Assembly (NCBI GenBank): GCA_951406725.2
Contig: OX597814.1
Coordinates: forward strand, 205,096,001-205,160,000
From: Octopus vulgaris
Taxonomy: Eukaryota
Reading direction: 5' to 3'
Length of the DNA stretch: 64,000 nt
Numbering within the stretch: the stretch's first letter is position 1; each line of letters starts with the position of its first letter. Under the pieces are notes generated by a model. The model made no database searches, was not told the origin of the DNA, and saw nothing but the letters and a program-made list of their open reading frames with translations. The translations under genes and the position numbers were made by a program. Below are positions 11,083 to 23,404 of the stretch, one piece after another.

Positions 11083-11775
11083 TTTTATTCTTTACTTGTT
11101 TCAGTCATTAGACTGCGGCCATACTGGGGCACCATTTTGAAGAGCTTTTAGTTGAACAAAACTAGTACTACTTTTTTTGAAAACCTAGGCTGCTGGAGCC
11201 TACCAGCAAGCATTTGAAGGGAAATTTGCCAGGGTGGCCATTCGTCTGCTGATATTCATTGATGCAGCATCAAAGAAACCAAAGAATAAAAAGCCAAAGA
11301 AAAAAGAAAAAAACACACTCGACCCCAGTGCTGAAGAGAAATCCAAAAAGTGGTGGGGGCTGACATGTCGAAATCGGTAGAGGGGTAGGGGCCAAAACAG
11401 GATGTGGGTCCTACTGATGATGTCCTTAGCCACTGGATTCTATAAAGGAGCTGCTGAGGGAGCAAACCATGAAACATAGTTGGAATTCTTCCCTACTTAT
11501 TCTATCGGTCACTTTTGCTGAACTGCCAAGTTATAGGGACATAAACACACCAACACACATTGTCAAATGGCAGTGGGGAATAAACACAGACACAAAGACA
11601 TACACACACTCACACACACACACACACACACACATGATGGGCTTTTTTCAGTTTCCATTTATCAAATCCACTCCCAAGGCTTTGCTCCGCTCAAGGCTAT
11701 AATAAAAGACACTTGCCTAAGGTGCCATGCAGTGGGACTGAACCTAGAGCCATGTGGTTGGGAAGCAAGTTTTTT
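11083..11775 (-). mobile_element. Family A SINE interrupted by a ~300-bp foreign insertion (11186-11493)
   Basis: SINE tail and head are in register on either side of unrelated sequence. Confidence 0.75.
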
Positions 11776-11921
11776 ACCCCACAGTCACACCTATTGTATA
11801 TATTGTGTATATATAGTGTGTGTATATATTGTGTATATATAGTGTGTGTATATATTGTATGCATGTATATATATATTGTATGTAGCGATTCTTAGTTGTA
11901 AGGGTTGAATTCTTTCTGCAG

Positions 11922-12040
11922 CTTCAAGTCCTGAAGAGTATTTAAGAATGTACTGCATTGTTACGTCTCAATTCCACAGTCTTTACAAAACTGTCTTCAA
12001 GAAATATCAGACTCCTGCCACGTTTATGATAGAATATAAG
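11922..12040 (+). CDS. Gene A exon (ASSPEEYLRMYCIVTSQFHSLYKTVFKKYQTPATFMIEYK)
   Basis: ctgcag acceptor, gtaagt donor, phase 1 to 0. Confidence 0.9.
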
Positions 12041-12267
12041 GTAAGTTGGTTCTATACATGAGTGTGTGTATGTGTGTGTATGAAATGGTGGTGTTGTAAA
12101 GGGGTTGGCATTAGGAAGGGCATGAAGCTGTAGAAAGCAAGTTAAAATGAACAACTGGAGCCTGGTGTGGCCTTTAGCCGTGCCAGCTCCTGCCAGCATA
12201 GAAAAGCATACATTAAATGGCGATGATGATATATATAAAAAATGTATGTTAAATGATGATGATAATG

Positions 12268-12302
<35 letters not shown>

Positions 12303-12303
<1 letters not shown>

Positions 12304-12765
12304 TTCTTTATTGCCTACAGGGGGCTAAACACAGAGGGGACAAACAAATTAAGTTGATCACATTGACCCCAGTGCATAACTGGTACTTATTTAGTCGACC
12401 CTGAAAAGATGAAAGGTAAAGTTGACCGCAGCAGAATTTGAACTCAGAACGTAAAGACAGGTGAAATACCACTAAGCATTTCGCTTGGCATGCTAACGTT
12501 TCTGCCAGGTCGCCACCTTAATATTTAGCACTTGTATTATTTAAGTATCCTAGGGTGGCAAGCCGGCAGAATCGTTAGCATGCTGGGTGAGATGCTTAAC
12601 GGTATATCGTCTGCTGCTACATTCTGAGTTCAAATTCTGCCAGGGCTGACTTTGCCATTCATCCTTTCGGGGTCGATTAAACAAGCACCAGTTATGCATT
12701 GGGGCTGTAATTGACTTAATCCCTTCCCCCAAATTTGAGGCCTTGTGCTTCCAATAGAAAGGTTT
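12303..12765. mobile_element. Two family B (Meta-domain-like) tRNA SINEs head-to-head: 12303-12520(-) and 12552-12765(+)
   Basis: Core GCC(T/A)TTCATCCTTTCGGGGTCGA..AAGTACCAGTT. The + copy has TSD TTATTTAAGTATCCT. Other copies at 15582-15814, 21807-22035, 33835-34060 and 39515-39732. Confidence 0.85.
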
Positions 12766-12899
12766 ATTTAAGTATCCTTGAAACCATGTCTAAGATACAG
12801 AGTAACATATTTTCTCAAATTATGAAGATGTACCACAGAAGGTGCATAAGGCAGTTGTGTGAAGTTTGCGATGAGCTACAAGAGGTATGCGTGGCACTA

Positions 12900-13268
12900 C
12901 GTCAGTTATGATGATGTGGGTTCCAGTTGATCCAATCAATGGAACAGCCTGCTCGTGAAATTAACGTGCAAGTGGCTGAGCGCTCCACAGACACGTGTAC
13001 CCTTAATGAAGTTCTCGGGGAGATTCAGCGTGACACAGAGTGTGACAAGGTTGACCCTTTGAAATACAGGTGCAAAAGAAACAGGAAGAAAGAGTGAGAG
13101 AAAGTTGTGGTGAAAGAGTACAGCAGGGTTCACCACCCACCTCCCTGCTGGAGCCTCATGGAGCTTTAGGTGTTTTTGCTCAATAAACACAACACCCAAT
13201 CTGGGAATCAAAATCGCGATCCTATTACTGCGAGTCCACTGCCCTAACCACTGGGCCATTGTGCCTCC
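12900..13268 (-). mobile_element. tRNA-derived SINE family C
   Basis: Head GGAGGC(A/G)CAATGGCCCAGTGGTTAGGGCAG with A/B-box-like motifs. Other copies at about 28250-28520(-), 30833-30995(-) and 47337-47620(+). Confidence 0.8.
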
Positions 13269-13402
13269 GCACTAGAGGTATATGTGATGGTTAACATGTT
13301 AATTATCTTAACGCTAATTTAACTATTGATTTTCATGTAGCTGGTGTTATGTTTCTTAATTTTTAAATATGCTAATTATCTCTGACTTTCCTCAATTAAA
13401 AA

Positions 13403-14534
13403 GCCTACCTTGACTTTGCTAAGGCTTTCAACTCTGTGCCACACAAAAGGCTTATGGTGAAACTCTCTGCAATGGGTGTGAGGGATGACCTTTTTAACTG
13501 GTTGAAATCCTTCATTCTCAGCCGAAAGGAGGTAGTCACAGTTCTAGGACAGCATTCTACACCATATGAGATGTCATCGGGTGTACCACAGGGATCTGTC
13601 CTTGGTCCCCTCCTTGTTTGTGGCATACATTAATGACATAGATGCCAATTTAAAGAATGCCACAGTATTGAAATATGCAGATGACATCAAGCTGTACCTT
13701 GAAATCAAGAGGACAGATCCTGATGTCTACAACTCTTTCCTGCAATCAGACCTAGACACAATGCAGCAATGGATCACAGACTGGCAACTGAAACTGGCTG
13801 TGGACAAGTGTACCACCATGCATTTTGGGAGAAAAACCCTGCGTCCACATACTCCCTCCACAACACTGATATCAAGAAATCCTCTTGCGAGCGTGACCTA
13901 GGCATCACTGTCAGCAGTGATTTGCATTGGACAAAGCATATCTCTAAAATTGTCAAGAAGGCCGAGGGTGTCTTGGCATCACTCAGCAAGACTTTTGTTA
14001 GCCGCTCTCCAGCCATCTATTTAAAACTGTATACTGCTTTGGTACGACCACACTTGGAATTCGCATCATCAGTTTGGAACCCCTATCTTGCTCAGAACAT
14101 TGACCTCCTGGAATCTGTCCAGAGACGTGCAACCAAACGCATACACTCCATCAGACACCTACCATATTCTGAGCGCCTTGTTTCCCTGGGCATGGATTCA
14201 CTGAAGCTCCGGCGTCTGGCGACAGACTTGGTAAACACCCACAAAGTTATCAACCACCTCACCAACAACAACACTGAACACCTTTTTGATCTCCATGTGT
14301 CTAACACACGTGGACATGCCTACAAAGTTAGAAAACAACACAGCTCCCATGACTTTCGGAAACATTTTTTCACGCTCAGAGTTGCTGAAGCATGGAATAA
14401 ACTGCCTGCATCAGTTGTTGACTGCCATGACACTGCATCCTTTAAGGCCCTCATGCTTTCCGAAATCCGCCGAAACTACACCTGATTATATATACACTTT
14501 AGATGAGTTGTAGTGCACCTGAGCACTGTACACA

Positions 14535-14590
<56 letters not shown>
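13403..14590 (+). mobile_element. 5'-truncated CR1-clade LINE (RT domain + C-terminus), frameshifted
   Basis: YLDFAKAFNSVPH, GVPQGSVLGP, YADD, LYTALVRPHLEFASSVWNP, RKHFFTLRVAEAWNKLP; (ATT)n tail; candidate TSD TTAAAAAG. Confidence 0.92.
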
Positions 14591-14591
<1 letters not shown>

Positions 14592-14639
14592 TAAAAAGTA
14601 ATTGAATGTAATTTTTCTTTTTTAATTATACAATTATAG

Positions 14640-14806
14640 AATCTTGAAGTTGCTTTACGAGATGTTGCTGTAAACAGTTTTAGTGTTGAGAAGCTAAAGA
14701 TAATTGGCAGCCTCGTTAACCTTAATGAGACTTCTACTATTGATTATAAACTATTTGCTGGAATGGCAGCATTAGCAGAACGACTCACAGACTCCAGCAT
14801 TAAAAG
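14640..14806 (+). CDS. Gene A exon (NLEVALRDVAVNSFSVEKLKIIGSLVNLNETSTIDYKLFAGMAALAERLTDSSIK)
   Basis: tatag acceptor, AG|gttttt donor, phase 0 to 2, open frame. Confidence 0.85.
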
Positions 14807-16138
14807 GTTTTTACCATTTTGTTTTTGGTGTTTTTGCGTTCAATAAGGACAAAAAAAAAAAAATTTAAAAAAAATTTAATTTATGAAAAAAAAAAGTACC
14901 AGGAATAAAATGATATTCAATTTTATTTGGGTAAAATATTTCTTTGTATATTAAATAATCAAAATATTGATGATGATGATGATGATGACGATGATGATGA
15001 CACTGATGACAATGATGATGATGATGATGATCAGGAGAATGGTGATGGTAATGATATCAATGCCAAAGATTTCAGTGACTGCAATGATGTGAACGATGAG
15101 GATGATATTATTGATGATGGTGATGATGATGATGATGATGATGATGATGCAGCCTTTACTCAGTTTCTTGACCTGTGAGAAATAGCAGTCAAATCTGCTC
15201 AAAATCACATCAGGCCACAGGGAAATATTAACTTGGTTAGAAACAAATGGCAATGTGAAGGGCATTGGGCCATAGAATACTTGCCTTAATGAATGTTTAC
15301 TTTAATCATGCCATCTCAGATATGGCCATCTAGTTGAGGTGGGGTAAAAATAGTTCCCATGTATAAGGTGTTCTTCTAATTTTAAGGTTTAAAAGCTTGA
15401 ATTGTGTGTATAATTTATATGAAAGAATTTGAACTTCTGCCAATAAATAAGTACAGACTACAGAGGGAGCTTCCAGATGGTCACTCGATTTGCTAGAACA
15501 AGCAGTCAAATCACCTCAGATCATGCCAAGTGACACATTAGATAACATAGTGTTAAATTAGATAACGTAGTGTTGAATATAAGGCAGCGAGCTGGCAGAA
15601 TCGTTAGCATACTGGGTGAAATGCTTAGCAGTATTTCGTCTGCTGCTACGTTCTGAGTTCAAATTCTGCCAAGGTTGACTTTGCCTTTCATCCTTTCGGG
15701 GTCAATTAAATAAGTACCAGTTATGCACTGGGGTCGATATAATCGACTTACTCCGTTTGTCTGTCCTTGTTTGTCCCCTCTATGTGTAGCCCCTTGTGGG
15801 CAGTAAAGAAATAAATGTAGTGTTGAATATATCTGAAAAGTCAGGATGGTCATGTCATAAATTTGCTCAATAAGGGCTGACCTAGGGCTTAAAAATAAAA
15901 GTAACCTCTTGAAATATGAACCAATGAAAAAATCCCTTATGTTGTCAGTCGACCTGCTGAAAATAACAACCAATTTTCTCTCAAATTATATTGTATTGTC
16001 TTGAAAAAGAAAAGCACATTAGACAAAGGAGTTCTAGATACATTGTCTACCATAAAAAAATTGTAAAGAAAAAGAAAAATGATGATTAAACAAAAACAAG
16101 AGAATTTTTTTTAAGAACTTTAAAATTTCTGCTTTCAG

Positions 16139-16283
16139 CTTGAAGCAATCTGAATTATCCCAAGATGGAAATGTGAAGAAAGAAGGAATCGAAGTTGCAG
16201 ACTTCTCAGCTTTGGATTGGAAATTTAAAGATATTGACATCAACAAAAACATGAAACAACTTTTAAGAATTATTGCTCTTTAA
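16139..16283 (+). CDS. Gene A last coding exon (SLKQSELSQDGNVKKEGIEVADFSALDWKFKDIDINKNMKQLLRIIAL*)
   Basis: tttcag acceptor in phase 2; stop TAA at 16281-16283. Confidence 0.88.
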
Positions 16284-16710
16284 ACGACAGGAATTCGTCA
16301 ATTTTTCTTAAATTGGTAAATTTCTTGGTTTCAAATTTTGGCGCAAAGCCAGTAATTTTGGGTGAGGGTAAGTCGAATGCATCACCCTCCAACCCCCACC
16401 CACGTGTTCAACTGGTCCTTATTTTATTGATCCCAAATGGATAAAAGGCAAAGTTGACCTTGGTGGGATTTGAACTTAGATCATAAAGGCATGAAATGCT
16501 GTGAAGCATTTTGCCTGAGTGTGCTAACAATTCTGCCACATCACCACCTTAAATTAATTAATTTATCGAGAAACTACAAACAGGGTTCTTGATTTGAGCA
16601 CAAGGCCTGCAATTCCATTGACTCCAGTATTTGACTGGTACTTTATTTCATTGACCCTGAAAAAAACAAAGTTGACTTTGGTGGGGTTGAGACCCTGAGA
16701 AATTAATCAT

Positions 16711-17133
16711 ACTCTTACTCTTTTACTCTTTTACTTGTTTCAGTCATTTGACTGCGGCCATGCTGGAGCACCGCCTTTAGTTGAGCAACTCGACCCCAGG
16801 ACTTATTCTTTTGTAAGCCCAGTACTTATTCTATCGGTCTTTTTTGCTGAACCGCTAAGTGATGGGGACATAAACACACCAGCATTGGTTGTCAAGCAAT
16901 GCTAGGGGGACAAACACAGACACACAAACATATACACACATACATATAAACATATATATACATATATACGACAGGCTTCTTTCAGTTTCCGTCTACCAAA
17001 TCCACTCACAAGGCTTTAGTCGGCCTGAGGCTATAGTAGAAGACACTTGCCCATGGTGCCACGCAGTGGGACTGAACCCGGAACCATGTGATTCGTAAGC
17101 AAGCTACTTACCGCACATCCACTTCTACGCCTA
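16711..17133 (-). mobile_element. Family A SINE, near full length
   Basis: Reverse complement of the 45531-45950 copy. Another near-full copy is at 21261-21662(-). Confidence 0.9.
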
Positions 17134-17754
17134 TGTTAAAGAATTTTAAAATTATCTGGTTCATTATGAACGATAAGTGATCATCTATCATTTATATTTC
17201 TTCAGTTTGTCCCCTCTATGTTTAGCCCCTTGTGGGTAATAAAGAAACATATATTTCTTCAGTTTTTGTCTCTACAGATTTTCTATAGAGCCAGCACTGA
17301 CCGTCATGATGTTTCATTATGTTTGGTGCTGGATCTGACTTTGATAAAATATCTGTAGAGATACACTTGAAACGAGAACAACAGGCTGCAAACAGGAAAA
17401 GTGTGATACAGTATTGACTTATAAACCTTTAATATACTTGGGACTCTGCTATGGTTGCAAAACGAAATATGGTGTCCCTGCGAACAATTAATATGTACTT
17501 AGCATTTATAATGAGATAGAATTGTATTTTCAAACATTTAATATCTTCTGTGTTATTCTGAATACGGTTGAAGGTGACTATTTTTAAAGAAATAAAACAG
17601 AAAAACAGGAAATTATAAAATTAAAGAAAATGATTTTGAAGAATACAGCATTGAATAATAATGTTGTGAGACAAAAATGGAAATTGTTCAGACTGTTACC
17701 ATTATCTTTAGAGATGGTATTAACAGTAAAACTGGCATGATTGAAAATGAATTA

Positions 17755-17935
17755 ACTTATTTTAACGTGTATAAGGAACCCTTTTTTGTCAAAAAATTAG
17801 GTTAAAAGATATGGGGGTTTCTTAAACATGGATAGTATTGTAATCCCTTAGAAAACCTTTTTTCCAAATTTTAAGCTCCCCAAATTAGGGGTTTCCTTAT
17901 ACACGAGGGTCCCTTATACATGTTTAAATATGGTA
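17755..17935. mobile_element. pogo/Tc1-type MITE remnant
   Basis: Imperfect terminal inverted repeats ACGTGTATAAGGAACCC / GGGTCCCTTATACATGT. Confidence 0.5.
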
Positions 17936-18179
17936 AATTAAAATAATCATCTGTGTATCATACTTAATACATATTACACCACTAAAAGACATGATGCTGT
18001 GATTTTTGCCTGAGAGAGAATCTCTTCAAAGACATGTGTTAAAAAGAATGTATATCAGAGTGAGGCAAATATTGCCCCAGCAACAGCTGCAACTAATGAG
18101 AATTCCAAACATGTTTCAGACTTCTTAGACCTTGTCAATGATGTGTAAGCAGCTGTCATTGACAAGACCATCCAATTGC

Positions 18180-18420
18180 ACGATTTGCATGGATTCCTGT
18201 GGTTCGCTGTTGCCATCCAGTTTATATTTGGCAGGTCAGAGGCATTACAGTTTATGTTGTCACAGATTTGCTTGATATGGGGTCTTTGCTTGTCATCCTC
18301 TGCCATCTCTTCCTTGTGCAGGCTCCCACAAAAGAACTTCACTAACAGTTTCATCATTTGCTCTCCAGTAACACCCAGTAAATCTGACTATGTTCTTTCA
18401 TATCTAATACTAGACAAAGG
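18180..18420 (-). mobile_element. RTE-clade LINE C-terminal remnant
   Basis: Minus-strand RFTGCYWRANDETVSEVLLWEPAQGRDGRG resembles the RTE ORF C-terminus. Confidence 0.65.
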
Positions 18421-18424
18421 TTTC

Positions 18425-18708
18425 AGAAACATTTTTTCAAGCTAAGAGTTGCTGAAGCATGGAACAAACTGCCGGCATCAGTTGTTAGTTGTCGGAGCAC
18501 TGCATCCTTCAAAACTTCCATGCTTCCTGAGATTCGCCAACACTACACCTGATTTTCTCCCCTCTATTAACACGCAAGCATGTATCTGACTCATACACAG
18601 TTCACTTCCCAGACATTTGTACATTACTGCAGATGCTTTATACGCACTTTTGACAAGTTGTGGTACACCTGAGCACTGTATACAATAATTTTATTATTAT
18701 TATTATTA
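18425..18708 (+). mobile_element. 3' end of the same CR1 family as 13403-14590
   Basis: AGAGTTGCTGAAGCATGGAA.AAACTGCC...CACCTGAGCACTGTA followed by (ATT)n. Confidence 0.85.
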
Positions 18709-19173
18709 TAATGTATCAAAATCAAAATCAAACCAAATCAAATCAGATATCAGAAAGCAGAACCAAAATCGAAGTCGATCAACATCAATGGAAATTGCAG
18801 CTGTGATACCAGTGCCGGTGACAAGTAAGCGAACCATCCGATCGTGGTCATTGCCAGCGCCGCCCCGACTGGCCTCCGTGCCGGTGGCACCTAAAAAGCA
18901 CCATCCATTCGTGGCTGTTGCCAGCCTTGCCTGGCCCCCGTGCCCGTGGCACGTAAAAAGCAGCATCCGTCCGTGGCCGTTTGCCAGCTCCGTCTGGCAC
19001 CTGTGCCAGTGGCACGTAAAAAGCACCCACTACACTCACGGAGTGGTTGGCGTTAGGAAGGGCATCCAGCTGTAGAAACACTGCCAGATCAGACTGGGCC
19101 TGATGCAGCCTTCTGGCTTCACAGACCCCAGTTGAACCGTCCAACCCATGCTAGCATGGAAAGCGGACGCTAA

Positions 19174-19206
<33 letters not shown>

Positions 19207-19890
19207 AATTCAAAACAATGGAAATAAATAAGCATTAAATTTGACAGTCATCTGAATGTTAATGGGTTAAAAGCACAAGAAATGTGTCAGAAGCAGAGGG
19301 AAATCCTCCAGCTGCAGGGAGTAGAATGTTAGATGCATGTTTCCACTTCTTTAGACTTTGTCAATGGCCTTTACTCCCTGGTAACCGTGTGCTGAGACAA
19401 AATCCAATTGAAAATCAATGATGGTGTAATTAAAACCTACTGGTTAGACTCTTTATAAACAACAAAGGTTGTATTAGATTAACGTAGCCATTGGTGTTTT
19501 TAAGCATTGAGTGTCCATGAGGAACGTTCTCCTCAGATGAATTCTGCTGTTAATTTGCTTTTCTTCGTTATGTATCTGCATTAAATATGATACACAAATG
19601 ACTAAAAGAAAAACAGGCTCAGTTCTTTTAACAGAACACTTTTTAATCTTTTTTTTTACTTGTTTCATGGCCATACTGGGGCACCACCTTGGAGAATTTT
19701 AGTTGAATGAATTGACCTTAGGACTTCCCATTTTTTTTAAAGCCTGGTACTTATTCTATCAGTCTCTTTTGCTGAACCACTAAGTTACAGGGATGTAAAC
19801 ACACCAACAATGGTTGTCAAGTGGTAGTGGGGGACAAACACAGACACAAAGATGCAGAAACACACATAAATATAAATATATATATATATG

Positions 19891-20269
19891 AACTAGCAGT
19901 ATCACCCGGCGTTGCTCAGGTTTGTTTTGACCCTTTAGAATTGGAATTTTTGAAAAGTAAAAATTCTGCATTATGTAGCTTGTTATTCTCTTTAAGTGAA
20001 CATTTTTCTTGTTGAAATACACCGAAAAATGGCGACACAGCAGTCAAAAAACCGTAAAAAATAGGTATTTTCATAGAAAAAAAGCACCTTTTTGATGTAA
20101 ATAATGGTGTTAACATGGTCCAATTTGAATTTTATCTTCTACGGAAGGAAGAGCAAGCCTTCTTCTATCATACTTTCAAGTTTGGTCAACTTGTGCCGCA
20201 GGGTCTCAGAGGAGATAGTGTTAGTTGAAGCCTACCAAACCTGCCACACACAAACAACTTCAGCTTTAT
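19891..20269 (+). mobile_element. Helitron/Helentron-like non-autonomous element
   Basis: Same 5' terminus as 8267. Confidence 0.5.
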
Positions 20270-22580
20270 ATCATCATCGTCATCATCGTCGTTTAACGTC
20301 CGTTCTCCATGCTAGCATGGGTTGGACGGTTCGACCGGGGATCTGGGAAGCCAGAAGGCTGCACCAGGCTCCAGTCTTATCTGGCAGTGTTTCTACAGCT
20401 GGATGCCCTTCCTAACGCCAACCACTCCGTGAGTGTAGTGGGTGCTTTTTACGTGCCACCTGCACAGGTGCCAGGCGAGGCTGGCAACGGCCACGGTCGG
20501 ATTGGTGTATTTTATGTGCCACCGGCACGGAAGCCAGACGAGGCAGTGCTGGCATCGGCCACGAGTCGGATGGTGCTTTTTACGTACCACCAGACCAGGG
20601 ATCCTGGCTGGTTCAATTCGATTTCGATTTCGCTTGCCCCAACATGTCTTCGCAAGCAAGGGGGTTGGCATGGGTGCCTGTTGTACGGTCAGATTGGTGT
20701 ATTTTGCCACGTGGAGGCGGCACTGGCATCGGCCACGAGTCGGATAGTGCTTTTTACGTACCACCAGACCAGGGAACCTGGCTGGTTCGAGATTTCGCTT
20801 GCCCCAACATGTCTTCGCAAGCAAGGGGGTTGGCATGGGTGCCTGTCGTACGGTCAGATTGGTGTATTTTACGTGCCACCGGCACAGAAGCCAGTGTAGG
20901 CGGCGCTGGCATCGGCCACGAGTCGGATAGTGCTTAGGCTTCTTTCAGTTTCCATGTACCAAATCCACCCACAAGGCTTTGGCCAGCCTGAGGGCTTCTA
21001 CAATAGGCTTGGGCTATAATAGAATTTCAGTTTTCCTTTCATTTTCAACATTGAAACAACTGCTTTTCACAGAACAAATTAAATATTATGAATTCTACAT
21101 TGTATTTGAAAATCTCTGGAGCACCCAACTGAAATCACACAAGTTTCTGTGACACTCGTATAATTGTGTATTGTTTGCTATTTTCTATGACCATTGCTTC
21201 TGTTGGTGTTGCAATCTCGGATTATTTTGCTCAAAACGATTTCAATAATATTGCATCTAGTTACTCTTTACTCTTTTACTTGTTTCAGTCATTTGACTAC
21301 GGCCATGCTGGAGCACCACCTTTAGTCGAGAAAATTGACCCCTGGACTTATTCTTTGTAAGCCCAGTACTTATTCTATCGGTCTCTTTTGCCAAACCACT
21401 AAGTGACGGGGATGTAAACACACCAGCATCGGTTGTCAAGCAATGCTAGGGGGACAAAGACAGACACACAAACATATACACACACTTATATATATACATA
21501 TATACGACAGGCTTCTTTCAGTTTCCGTCTACCAAATCCACTCACAAGGCATTGGTCGGCCCGGGGCTATAGCAGAAGACACTTGCCCAAGATGCCACGC
21601 AGTGGGACTGAACCCGGAACCATGTGGTTGGTTAGCAAGCTACTTACCACACAGCCACTCCTGAACATTTTAATTTCTTCCAAAACATTTCCCACTCTAT
21701 CTCCTTTACATTTCTCTGAACCAATCACTAATTGCATTAACTTAATTCTTTTGTTTTTTATTGTCATAAATTGAAGAAACTATCTCATTATATTCACGTA
21801 CAATAAAGCGGCAAGCTGGCAGAAACATTAGCACGCCGGGCGAAATGCGTAGCCATATTTCGTCTGCTGTTATGTTCTGAGTTCAAATTCCGCCGAGGTC
21901 AACTTTGCCTTTCATCCTTTCGGGGTCGATAAATTAAGTACCAGTTACGCACTGGGGTCGATGTAATCGACTTAATCCCTTTGTCTGTCCTTGTTTGTCC
22001 CCTCTATGTTTAGCCCCTTGTGGGCAATAAAGAAATATATATTCATGTACAATAGCATTCCAGCTTTCATTTCTGTTCAAATACTGTATTATTTTAATTT
22101 TCAAGTGCAATGTGAGAGTTACATGCTTTCTATTTTTTTCATTTACACCTTCCCCAAGTCGGTGACCTTTATGAATACAGGAAGATGGTTTTTACTCACA
22201 GATGGGCAATAAAGAAGTAGATACAAGCAGATACAAAACATAAAGGGGCTGGCCAATGTGACATCAGTAGCCAGTGATGGTGCTTAATAAGGAATTTGTT
22301 AAGGTTGAAAATAAGCACCAGACAACTGGGTCTGCCAGACGATTGAATCTCAGATTAAGGCAATTTTTACTGTGTGTGAAAACTTCAAAGCAGATTTGGC
22401 ATTTGCATGCATGCAGTTCCTTAAAGATTTTGTGGAAGTATCTACTAAACTACTTCAAGACATTTTGGTATATAAGGAGAACACAGGATTTGAAACAGAG
22501 TTTTTATTTTTAAAAAAATTGAAACATTTCCAGATAATTCCATTTCGGATTACAAATATAACAGTTCTACTTGATCAAAT

Positions 22581-22652
22581 CTATTGCAGTAAACAGTTTT
22601 TCTTCTTTGAGTCATCACTAGGAGATTTATCCTCTTTCTCCGTTTTGTTTGT
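22581..22652 (-). CDS. Candidate terminal coding exon TNKTEKEDKSPSDDSKKKNCLLQ* (CaaX)
   Basis: Strong acceptor ctttctttctttctgtag; phase-0 frame ends in polybasic residues plus CLLQ-stop. Confidence 0.5.
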   Translation of the reverse strand, partial: TNKTEKEDKSPSDDSKKKNCLLQ

Positions 22653-23373
22653 CTACAGAAAGAAAGAAAGGCCATTTGTCAGATTGTGCTGTGTGAGGGA
22701 AATATTTACCCTTATTTCCAGCAAATTTAAAATGATCTTTAGAACATTTTATCAAAGAAGAGATAAAAATCTGAGGAAAAGATTACATATATATATACAC
22801 ATACATATATATATATACATATACACACATATGTATGTAAAATTATCACCACAAAAGAAGTTTCACTTTAGTAGAAAATAAGAAAGTTGACAGACACCAA
22901 GGATATTTGTCATTAATTTCACATTTTATTTTGAAAAGAAGGAAAAAAAACATCAAAATAGGTTGGACTTTAGACAAAATATTTTCTTTCTTTTTCATTT
23001 TCCTTTTCATCTGTTAAATTCCCTGCGACTTTGTGCTGGATTTTGGCATCTAAAATTTAAAATAGTATTTTATAGTCGGAATCCAAGCTTCAGGTACCTC
23101 AACATATTACAAATCATCATCATCATCATCATCATTGTTTTTCACATCTACTTTTCTGTGCTTGCATGGGTTGAACAGAATTCTTGAGGCTGGAAGCCTT
23201 TCCTGTTGCTAACCCTCATCTCTTTCCAAACAATGTAATATTTCCCAATGTCTAGGCATGTTTCTCACAAAAGATTGGAAATGAATGAATAACGTTGCTT
23301 GTATGCTGGTGATGCTTGTTTACAACAATCATGATATGTCAACACAAAGTTACCCATAAACATACATACATGC

Positions 23374-23404
<31 letters not shown>

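Noticed and set aside
14927-15178. Asp-rich 83-aa ORF (and the similar one at 32952-33143)
   Set aside because: It is a (GAT)n microsatellite, here lying in a gene A intron, and no splice sites are needed to complete the gene model.
20309-20899. 196-aa ORF
   Set aside because: It lies entirely within an internally duplicated family D repeat.
22372-22881. 169-aa plus-strand ORF
   Set aside because: Non-ATG start, no recognisable motifs or splice context, and it runs into microsatellite. The minus strand has the better splice signals.
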